Of a stretch of 40,603 nt of DNA, positions 1 through 6,437 are shown one piece after another. This DNA comes from a virus (taxonomy: Duplodnaviria; Caudoviricetes), in the IMG/VR virus record IMGVR_UViG_3300048856_000127, positions 1 to 40,603 of that record; one strand, given 5' to 3'. Under the pieces are notes generated by a model. It saw nothing but the letters and a program-made list of their open reading frames with translations. It made no database searches and was not told the DNA's origin. The translations under genes were made by a program, and so were the position numbers. Position 1 is the first letter of the stretch. Every line of letters begins with the position of its first letter.

Positions 1-187
1 ATGGCTGACGAAAGCCGAACCACCCAACCGGGCGCCTCTATCCACGAGAACCACTACTGCTGCATTCCGGGCAGCGGAAAAATGGGGAGGGCTTGGTTTC
101 GCCAGGACCAAAGCAGAGCCAATGACCTGGTGGTGCGCGGAGCACTACCCGCATTGGCCGAACCGAGAATCGTCGGCGCAGTCTTGA
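1..187 (+). pseudogene. Small Cys/His-rich protein interrupted by a +1 frameshift
   Basis: Frame 1 gives MADE...HENHYCCIPGSGK. After the A5 run (78-82), frame 2 continues WGGLGFARTKAEPMTWWCAEHYPHW..., completing a Cys/His motif, with a stop at 185-187. Confidence 0.5.
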
Positions 188-194
188 CCGGCTA

Positions 195-219
195 GGAACT
201 CCGCCGCCTCTCGCAAGTT
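195..219 (+). promoter_or_regulatory. Putative EcfG/RpoE2 (general stress sigma) promoter
   Basis: GGAAC(195-199)-N16-AGTT(216-219), upstream of the ATG at 251. Confidence 0.35.
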
Positions 220-250
220 TGGGCGCGGTGTAGCTGAGTTTGTTTGTGCG

Positions 251-468
251 ATGGTCGAGTGCGATAATTGCGAGAATACCGGCTGGGTATGTGAGGAGCA
301 TCGGGAGAGGCCGTGGATCGGACGCAATGCTTTGCGGCTGCGGTGGAGCCGGATCACACTTGCCGGATCTGCAACCTCAGTGAGCCGTTTCAGCATCCGA
401 ACACAACACGTGTGATGAAGAGCATCGTTGCCACGGTTTGGGATCGGAAGGAAGTCGATCACCCGTGA
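251..468 (+). pseudogene. Cys-rich zinc-finger-like small protein with two +1 frameshifts
   Basis: MVECDNCENTGWVCEEHRERPWIGRNA / CGCGGAGSH / CRICN... is restored by removing one T at about 332 and one at about 360. Confidence 0.5.
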
Positions 469-484
469 TCTTGGAGATCCCGCC

Positions 485-694
485 TTGAGTAAGATCATCG
501 AGCGTATTGCACGAGCCATCGCCGCCGATCTCCACGACGATGAGGGGCGATGGCCGGAATATATGCAGGCCGCCAGAGCTACATATGGCCAAGTGCGCGC
601 TTCGTTGCCTGAAGGCACCGCATCCATCGACATTGTCGATCAGTCCCTGAAAGTATGGACTGCCGACGTAGACGACGCACTACAGAACAAGTGA
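485..694 (+). CDS. Hypothetical protein
   Basis: TTG start with GGAG upstream; part of ORF 428-694 (SKIIERIARAIAAD...). Confidence 0.5.
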   Translation: MSKIIERIARAIAADLHDDEGRWPEYMQAARATYGQVRASLPEGTASIDIVDQSLKVWTADVDDALQNK

Positions 695-730
695 GACCAT
701 GCGAGCGAACACATGACGGCGTTCGCGTCT

Positions 731-1360
731 CTAAGAACCGGACGAGGAAAGTCGCTGCCGCTCGATGCGATCGATCCGCTCCCTCAGATCAAGCAGGATG
801 TCCCTCGCGCCGTAGACGTTGCCCTGCGCCTGCTTCACGTCGTCGAGCTGCCGCTGCTGATCCAGGAAGCGTTGATCATAGCTCGAGAACACGCGGTCGA
901 GCTCTTCCCTCGGTACCTGAGCATCACGAAGCTCCTTGACGCCGGCGTCCGTCCGCGCGCGGTCTTCAGCCGAACGCGCCGTTCGCCACTCCATTTCCTT
1001 TTGGCTCACCATCCGATCGGCAAGCAAAGAGACGCTCGCCTTTAGGTCTGTGGTAGCCTCCCGGATGGGCAGATACGCGAGGCCACCGAGCATGGCCGCG
1101 AAGGTGAGCGCCACGCCGAGCGCCTGCCACTGAGGCTTGTTCCGCTCGGCGAGGTTCGTCGACAACGCTGCAATCGAAGCTCTCGTCTCGTTCGCCAGTG
1201 ACGTGACGGCAGATTCCATCGCCTTGAAGCCGGCTCGCATCTCCGATTCCATATCGGTCTGCCGGCGTCCAAGGTTGGTGACGCGTTCGCCGAGCTGGGC
1301 GGTTACGGCGTCGGTATAAATGCGGTGGTCGTTTCCATTTGGCATATCATCGCTTCCCAT
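731..1360 (-). CDS. Membrane-anchored coiled-coil protein at the end of the lysis operon
   Basis: 209 aa with one hydrophobic segment (WQALGVALTFAAMLGGLAYL) flanked by coiled-coil-like sequence; coupled to the upstream gene. Confidence 0.75.
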   Translation of the reverse strand: MGSDDMPNGNDHRIYTDAVTAQLGERVTNLGRRQTDMESEMRAGFKAMESAVTSLANETRASIAALSTNLAERNKPQWQALGVALTFAAMLGGLAYLPIREATTDLKASVSLLADRMVSQKEMEWRTARSAEDRARTDAGVKELRDAQVPREELDRVFSSYDQRFLDQQRQLDDVKQAQGNVYGARDILLDLRERIDRIERQRLSSSGS

Positions 1361-1551
1361 CAGCTCCCACGCCCTTTCAGTTCATGCGTCATCAGCCCTG
1401 CGAAGGTGTCCAAGTCGATCGACACCCTCACCATGCCCCTGTCGACGGTGAAGGTGACGGTCCCCCTCTCCACCCGCTCGACATGGTAGATCGCCCCGTT
1501 GCAGCCCCTGTAGCTGCAGCCGGCCTTGATTTCGTCGCTGTTCAATTCCAA
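1360..1551 (-). CDS. Hypothetical protein
   Basis: 63 aa ORF overlapping both neighbours in operon fashion. Confidence 0.55.
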   Translation of the reverse strand: MELNSDEIKAGCSYRGCNGAIYHVERVERGTVTFTVDRGMVRVSIDLDTFAGLMTHELKGRGS

Positions 1552-1748
1552 CAGCCCTGCGCCACACCGAACCGGTTATGGCTGGCGACCTGGTCTGCAA
1601 ACGGCCGGTCGCTCCGGAGCATCGTCACCGTCGTTTCGAGATTGGGCGTCAGCTTCTTGAACCCGTCGCACGCATTCTGCTTGGTCGTCGTCTGACAGCC
1701 CGTAAGAACTGCACAGAGCAACAGCATCGGAAGAAGACACTTCCTCAT
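1542..1748 (-). CDS. o-spanin (Rz1-like lipoprotein)
   Basis: Lipoprotein signal with lipobox LTGC; overlaps the i-spanin in another frame, downstream of the endolysin. Confidence 0.7.
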   Translation of the reverse strand: MRKCLLPMLLLCAVLTGCQTTTKQNACDGFKKLTPNLETTVTMLRSDRPFADQVASHNRFGVAQGCWN

Positions 1749-1920
1749 CGATCGTGTTCCTTTCTCGGAGAACTTCGACGGACTTCACCAGCGAGGCGGT
1801 AGCAGCCATCTGCTTGCCTTCAGACTGACCAAGCCATTTTGCGGGGAAGAACATGAGGCCAGCGCCCACGAGGACAGCGGCCGGCAGCTTGACCGCATCG
1901 GGAACGAGCTTGAGGATCAT
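1576..1920 (-). CDS. i-spanin (Rz-like)
   Basis: N-terminal TM helix followed by a helical periplasmic domain with Cys; directly after the endolysin. Confidence 0.65.
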   Translation of the reverse strand: MILKLVPDAVKLPAAVLVGAGLMFFPAKWLGQSEGKQMAATASLVKSVEVLRERNTIDEEVSSSDAVALCSSYGLSDDDQAECVRRVQEADAQSRNDGDDAPERPAVCRPGRQP

Positions 1921-2393
1921 TTAAGACCCTCCAGACATATGCGCTTCTCATCGGCACGGCGATTGACGAGGCCTTGCACCACGCGGCCCCCGGCGCGGTT
2001 CCACATCGGGATGGCGTTGCAGGCCCCTCGGATGTCACCGGCATTTGCCCGTCGTGCCACGGTGGATCCACAAAAGGCGCGGATCCCAATGTTGTAGGAG
2101 AGCGAAAGGAAGGTGACATAGGGTTTGTCGGGGATGGCGTCCGGGTTGGTGAGGCACTTCCTCATCCCGGCCTCGAACTCCACCAGCCCGTCGCCGAGCA
2201 TGGCCTTGCATTCCTCGACCGTGTACCGGTCGCCCATCGTCACGCCGCGGGTTTCCCCGAAGCAGACCGTGGGGATCCCGACAATATCCCGGTACGCTAC
2301 CGTACGAAGCCCCTCCCATGCCCCGACGAGGGCAACGGCAGCAGCCATCAGCGCACCGGATTTCTTAAGACGGCTTTTCGTCGTCTGCTTCAT
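1917..2393 (-). CDS. Endolysin, GH24 lysozyme, SAR-type
   Basis: E-8X-D-5X-T triad (EGLRTVAYRDIVGIPT), SYNIG and GLVNRR motifs; basic N-terminus plus Ala/Gly-rich SAR helix. Start set at MKQTT. Confidence 0.92.
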   Translation of the reverse strand: MKQTTKSRLKKSGALMAAAVALVGAWEGLRTVAYRDIVGIPTVCFGETRGVTMGDRYTVEECKAMLGDGLVEFEAGMRKCLTNPDAIPDKPYVTFLSLSYNIGIRAFCGSTVARRANAGDIRGACNAIPMWNRAGGRVVQGLVNRRADEKRICLEGLK

Positions 2394-2610
2394 CGTCAAC
2401 TCCATGTTGGGCAAGAAGGCGAGCAACGAAGGCTGCCGCCGTGGTGAGGCCGGATAGCGCCGCGAAGATGCCTTGCGGCCAGTCGAGGCGGTCAGCGATG
2501 TCGGGGAGAGAGAAGATCACCTCCAGCCCCGATAGGATGCCGGCAAGGATCATCAACCGGATCGACCAGGCGCGTTTCAGCACCCGTCGCCAGTTCGGCA
2601 CGAGGTTCAT
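2365..2610 (-). CDS. Holin (two TM helices)
   Basis: MNLVPNWRRVLKRAWSIRL..., two hydrophobic helices, overlaps the endolysin start, GGAGAA RBS. Confidence 0.75.
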   Translation of the reverse strand: MNLVPNWRRVLKRAWSIRLMILAGILSGLEVIFSLPDIADRLDWPQGIFAALSGLTTAAAFVARLLAQHGVDDEADDEKPS

Positions 2611-2660
2611 CAAATTCTCCGTGTTGATTGGAACGGTTTATGTGCGGCGAGGTTTGAGGC

Positions 2661-2799
2661 CTATCGCGGCCCCTTCCCCAAGTCTGCCGCGATCCGGAGC
2701 GAGTGTTCGATCACCGCTCCCCTGCTGCGACGTCCTTGCTGTCACTTAGTCGCAGCAACGAGGCCTGAGAGCGTCCAGAACCGCTCCCAGGCCTCTTTT
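2661..2799 (+). ncRNA. Putative four-hairpin small RNA ending in an intrinsic terminator
   Basis: Stems 2663-2693, 2696-2720, 2723-2757 and 2760-2795 plus TTTT. GGAAC-N16-GGTT promoter motif at 2630-2654. Confidence 0.45.
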
Positions 2800-2838
2800 G
2801 ACTAAGTCCGCATCACTCGGGAACAATTCAACTTCGTG

Positions 2839-2866
2839 TTGACTTATTACGCCATTGGCGCAATAA
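2839..2866 (+). promoter_or_regulatory. Toxin-antitoxin promoter with palindromic operator
   Basis: TTGACT -35 overlapping the inverted repeat TTATTACGCCA-T-TGGCGCAATAA, just upstream of the ATG at 2873. Confidence 0.6.
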
Positions 2867-2872
2867 ACAGCC

Positions 2873-3196
2873 ATGAAGATCATTCGCACGAGCGGGTACA
2901 TCAAGGCACTCAAACGCATGTCGGTATCGAATTCTGATATCGACAAACTTGAACAGGTAATCGTCTCCTTCCCCGAAAAGGGAGACCTTATTCAAGGCCT
3001 AAAGGGTGTCCGCAAAATCCGGTTTGCGATTGGCAACAGAGGAAAGAGCGGTGGCGGCCGCGCGATCTACTATCTGATGATTGGTGAAGATGCTGCGCTG
3101 ATGATCACTGCCTACCCGAAGAATGAGAAATCCGATCTTTCCGCGTCCGACCGGAAAGCGATCCTTTCCTTGCTGAAGGAGTTAGAAGATGAATGA
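2873..3196 (+). CDS. higB: Type II toxin, RelE/HigB family
   Basis: GDLIQGLKGVRKIRFA..RGKSGGGRAIYY..YPKNEKSDL signature; toxin-first gene order. Confidence 0.88.
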   Translation: MKIIRTSGYIKALKRMSVSNSDIDKLEQVIVSFPEKGDLIQGLKGVRKIRFAIGNRGKSGGGRAIYYLMIGEDAALMITAYPKNEKSDLSASDRKAILSLLKELEDE

Positions 3197-3497
3197 CGAC
3201 CGTACGGAATTGGGGCTCTCCATTGAAGAAGGTCTCAAGGAAGCCTTGGCATGGAAGCGCGGCGAAATAGCCTTGGAAGTGCGCAACGTCGACCCTATGC
3301 CTGCTTCCCGCATTAAGGAAATCCGTAAACGTTATGCGCGATCGACAAAGGCATTCGAAAAGCGATTTGGTATCCCCGCCTCTACCATGAACAATTGGGA
3401 GCAAGGCAGGCGGAAACCCGATCCGGCCGGTCGTCTCCTTCTCAAGGTAATCGAAGAAAATCCAGACGCCGTAGAGAAGGCAGCTCACGCAGCCTGA
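3189..3497 (+). CDS. higA: HTH (XRE) antitoxin, HigA-like
   Basis: HTH ending NWEQGRRKPDPAGRLLL; overlaps the toxin stop. Confidence 0.88.
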   Translation: MNDDRTELGLSIEEGLKEALAWKRGEIALEVRNVDPMPASRIKEIRKRYARSTKAFEKRFGIPASTMNNWEQGRRKPDPAGRLLLKVIEENPDAVEKAAHAA

Positions 3498-3546
3498 GAG
3501 TCGCCTAAATCCAAGCCACTCTGACCGGACACGCCAGCTTTCAGGG

Positions 3547-4329
3547 TTAATCTTCGTCGGGGCGAATTATTTCGGATACATCCAGTATTCGGTACAGAAC
3601 TGGCCGTCCTCCCGACGACCTCACCTCTACATTGACCTGGAAAACGCATTCGAACGGATTTTCGTGCATTTCAAGTACAGACCGTTTTGCCTGTTCGCTT
3701 GAAAACTGGAGTTTCACGGGCTTTGTAGAGACAGCCTCGATGATGCCTCGGTCGCCCGACTTTGCCAGCGCATCGTTCTTCACCTGCTCCAAAACCATGA
3801 GCTGGTCTGCAAGAACCTTGGATGCCGGTAGCTGTGGCCCCAGAAATCTCGCAACGCCGTTTTGAACTGCGTTCGCCTCGATGCCGTTGATGTGAAAGTG
3901 TTGGTGGATATGCACTATGGCTCCCTCCATCACGTTCATATTCAATTGAGACCCAAAGTCTTTCGCCACCGGCTCCACGAACTGAGCGATCTGCTTCGCT
4001 TGCCGCTGCGTCGGCTCCATTCGGGCATCGTTTTTCCCTAGGAAATGATTCACCAGATCATTCGTGTTGGTGACGAAGCCTGCGAGCACGTCTGCGTGCT
4101 TCAGCAGCCACTGAGCTTGATCCGCAAACGCAATTAGGTCAGCTATGACGCTCCCGGATTTTATTTCCTTTACGTAAAGCCGAAGATTGTTAGCAAGGGG
4201 ATCGCCCGATTTATTCGCGAAGTCCCGGAATGATTCCGCCAATGCGGTGAAGCTCACCGTCAGGTCCACAAGCTCGATTGGTTTCGTATTTTTGAATTCA
4301 ATTCTCAACATGGAATCATCTCGTTCCAT
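3547..4329 (-). CDS. Hypothetical accessory (moron) protein
   Basis: 260 aa intact ORF, visibly more AT-rich than the structural genes; no family recognised. Confidence 0.8.
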   Translation of the reverse strand: MERDDSMLRIEFKNTKPIELVDLTVSFTALAESFRDFANKSGDPLANNLRLYVKEIKSGSVIADLIAFADQAQWLLKHADVLAGFVTNTNDLVNHFLGKNDARMEPTQRQAKQIAQFVEPVAKDFGSQLNMNVMEGAIVHIHQHFHINGIEANAVQNGVARFLGPQLPASKVLADQLMVLEQVKNDALAKSGDRGIIEAVSTKPVKLQFSSEQAKRSVLEMHENPFECVFQVNVEVRSSGGRPVLYRILDVSEIIRPDED

Positions 4330-4406
4330 AGCGCCCCCCTTTTTTGGAGTTCAAGGAAGCGCAATTTGTGGCTCTTGCCAACCCTAAGTTTTAGCTGGAG
4401 ACAGTG

Positions 4407-4431
4407 AGAGGGCAGTAGTTAGCCGCCCTCT
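4407..4431 (-). terminator. Hairpin capping the 3' end of the GGY-NN array
   Basis: Minus strand AGAGGGCGG-CTAACTA-CTGCCCTCT forms a 9-bp stem with a G-U pair; on the plus strand that position is an A-C mismatch. No long U tract. Confidence 0.55.
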
Positions 4432-4440
4432 TAACCACAC

Positions 4441-4500
4441 CAGCCTTACCCTGCCATTCCGAGCCGAAGCCTGCCGGACCTAGCCTAGCCTTGCCTGCCA
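4441..4500 (-). ncRNA. GGY-NN pentamer array, putative guide RNA (vrRNA-like)
   Basis: Minus strand TGGCA GGCAA GGCTA GGCTA GGTCC GGCAG GCTTC GGCTC GGAAT GGCAG GGTAA GGCTG. 9 of the 11 units after the leader begin GGY, with a strict 5-nt period. Confidence 0.75.
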
Positions 4501-4554
4501 TGTTCGCCAATCCGGCGCCCGAGGTTGATGGGAACTCCCGGCGTAACCCTTAAC

Positions 4555-5076
4555 CTACTTGCCTTTGATTATCTTGAGGGACGTAGGAAAGTCGGCATCG
4601 ATGGTATCTATGATCTGCACCAGGGCCGCGAACTCCTCCAGGTCTTTATATCGAGCGCGCCACGCCTTCAGCTCATTCATGGCTCTTTGAAGCACCAGCT
4701 TTCTCGTCTTCGCCTGAGACATGGCGTGGGAAGCTTCACGGTAGTGCGGGGCTGAGGGCTCCGGGACGTGCACGTATGCCCTTGTCCGTACCGCCGGCTT
4801 GTCTTCTTGGACGTACACGGCAACCACCGCTCGGATGAGGCCCCTCGCCTGCTGGAGTCGGTACTGCTCGGCTGCCGCACCATCGTTCCACTCGAAGAAA
4901 GAATGCAGCGGCGAATTGTCATGCCGGGCGTCGTCAAGGATGTCTTGCGGGGTAAGCTCCCCCTTGAACCGCTCCCGCAGCATTTCGATGTGGCGACCAA
5001 CCACATCGGCATCAGGGTGATTACCCGGCTGGAACCGGGCACCCTCTGCGAATTCGAAACCGGCTATCCGCATCAC
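4555..5076 (-). CDS. Accessory protein coupled to the RAMP-like gene
   Basis: 173 aa; GTGA overlap with the upstream stop; conserved-looking LTPQDILDDAR..SPLHSFFEWND..AAEQYRLQQARGLI segment. Confidence 0.8.
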   Translation of the reverse strand: MMRIAGFEFAEGARFQPGNHPDADVVGRHIEMLRERFKGELTPQDILDDARHDNSPLHSFFEWNDGAAAEQYRLQQARGLIRAVVAVYVQEDKPAVRTRAYVHVPEPSAPHYREASHAMSQAKTRKLVLQRAMNELKAWRARYKDLEEFAALVQIIDTIDADFPTSLKIIKGK

Positions 5077-5732
5077 ACGGCCTCCAGCTTCTTCATGTCG
5101 GCCTCAGTCGCGACATGGAACATGCCGTTCATACCATCCTTCTCAGGTCTCCACTCTCCAACACCGACAGCAAAACCGGCAACATTGATGATGTTAAGCA
5201 GTTGGGACTCTGACAAAACGTTGGCATTGTATCGAACCAGCAGCTTCGCATGCCAGTCGGCGAACTCGCCTCGGTACCGTAGATCAGCGGTTCCCATAGC
5301 GATTCTGACCATGTCTTCGCGCATGGATGGCTTGCTCCCTTCAATGCGGACAAGGTTTACCCGAGCCTTTGTTCCTTCAAATGCCCCCGTTATGTCCACG
5401 TCTTCGCCCAGGATATGAAAGGCCTGCCGCGCGGCAACCTTCGTGATTCCAGCCACTGACGAGCACGCCGTCACCGCTGCGGCTTTGAAGCCGATAGACG
5501 GAAACCCGAAACCATCGCCAAGACGATAAAGGGACGCTTCAAAATCGGCTCGGGGACTTTTCGCTTCCTTTGCCTGCCTCGCCTTCTTCATCTGCTTGTC
5601 GAGCATTTGACGTTTGGCCTTTTCAGACCAGGCATGAACGATGAGCGGGCTGTCGCCGATGACAGTTACTTCCATAAGCCGAATATCCAGCGGTGGGAGC
5701 TCTATACCTACCTCTTCCTTTTTGGTAGCCAT
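5073..5732 (-). CDS. Stand-alone Cas7-like RAMP protein (Vipr-like)
   Basis: RAMP-type layout: beta1 VTVIGDSPLIVH, FPSIGFKAA (compare Cas7 PxSSxKG), RYRGEFxxW, and a C-terminal Gly-rich loop AGFAVGVGEWRPEKDGMNGMFHV. Confidence 0.75.
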   Translation of the reverse strand: MATKKEEVGIELPPLDIRLMEVTVIGDSPLIVHAWSEKAKRQMLDKQMKKARQAKEAKSPRADFEASLYRLGDGFGFPSIGFKAAAVTACSSVAGITKVAARQAFHILGEDVDITGAFEGTKARVNLVRIEGSKPSMREDMVRIAMGTADLRYRGEFADWHAKLLVRYNANVLSESQLLNIINVAGFAVGVGEWRPEKDGMNGMFHVATEADMKKLEAV

Positions 5733-5736
5733 CCGA

Positions 5737-6144
5737 TCAACTCACAGACCCAATTAGGACAAACCGCTCGCTTGTATGAGGATCATCCTCGACCGGTTGC
5801 GTCACGCGCCACTTTTTGATGCGGGTGTCAATTCGGCTTGTAACTTTGCAGAATTCGGAAAGGTGGAGGGCGGCCATACTATGCGCAGCCGTGATACCAC
5901 CATAGCCAACCAAAATGGGAAAATCCTCCTTATCCGGCCGGACCAGCACATACTCGTATTCCGGAATTTGTGTTAAAGCCGCCGACAGTTCCCGGGAAAG
6001 CCTACGAACTCGCTCGTATTCGCATTCAGCCGCTGCCGCAGGCTCCGGTAAAAAAGCTGTCGGGAGAATAGCAGCGCCCACTCCGAGTAATGATCGGCGG
6101 GTTGTTGCCAAATTGGCCGCGGGTCTGATATCATGCTGATGCAT
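5737..6144 (-). CDS. Hypothetical protein with twin-arginine-like N-terminus
   Basis: GAGGAG RBS; TTRRSLLGVGAAILP...AAAA; stop lies 4 nt before the RAMP-like gene. Confidence 0.7.
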   Translation of the reverse strand: MHQHDIRPAANLATTRRSLLGVGAAILPTAFLPEPAAAAECEYERVRRLSRELSAALTQIPEYEYVLVRPDKEDFPILVGYGGITAAHSMAALHLSEFCKVTSRIDTRIKKWRVTQPVEDDPHTSERFVLIGSVS

Positions 6145-6222
6145 GTTAAAACTCCTCTGAGTTTTGATTGCTCGATAAAGGGCGAAGCGGGTTTCCTAGG
6201 CCGGTGCTTCGCCCTTTTCCTT
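6105..6222 (+). ncRNA. Predicted sar-like antisense RNA with its promoter and terminator
   Basis: TTGCCA(6105)-N18-TATCAT(6129) with TGn extension; 12-bp inverted repeat 6177-6217 followed by a T-rich run on the plus strand. Confidence 0.45.
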
Positions 6223-6357
6223 TTCTTGGTATTCTTTTATCAGTCGAATTATTTCGTCGTTGATTGAGGTGAAGTTCCTTCTCGCGCGATGGGCAAGCCA
6301 CGCCCTCAACGGCTCCGGTAGGCGTAGCGTCAGGCTAGATCTTTTAACCTTTTCCAT
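6196..6357 (-). CDS. Arc-family ribbon-helix-helix repressor
   Basis: SLTLRLPEPLRAWLAHRARRNFTSINDEII matches the Arc pattern; GAGGAG RBS. Confidence 0.85.
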   Translation of the reverse strand: MEKVKRSSLTLRLPEPLRAWLAHRARRNFTSINDEIIRLIKEYQEKEKGEAPA

Positions 6358-6368
6358 GGTACTCCTCA

Positions 6369-6435
6369 TTGACGTCATTTAGACGTCACAACCCTATCAG
6401 ACGTCAAAATGACGTCAAGCACCAAAATGACGCCA
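6369..6435. promoter_or_regulatory. Operator array between divergent Arc/Mnt-like genes
   Basis: 19-bp inverted repeat (6369-6387 and 6400-6418, one mismatch) built from four GACGTCA boxes, plus TGACGCCA at about 6428. Confidence 0.7.
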
Positions 6436-6437
6436 AA

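Noticed and set aside
4441-4500. Classical CRISPR array or simple microsatellite
   Set aside because: There are no 23-50 bp repeats with spacers. The units differ systematically at positions 4-5, which slippage would not produce.
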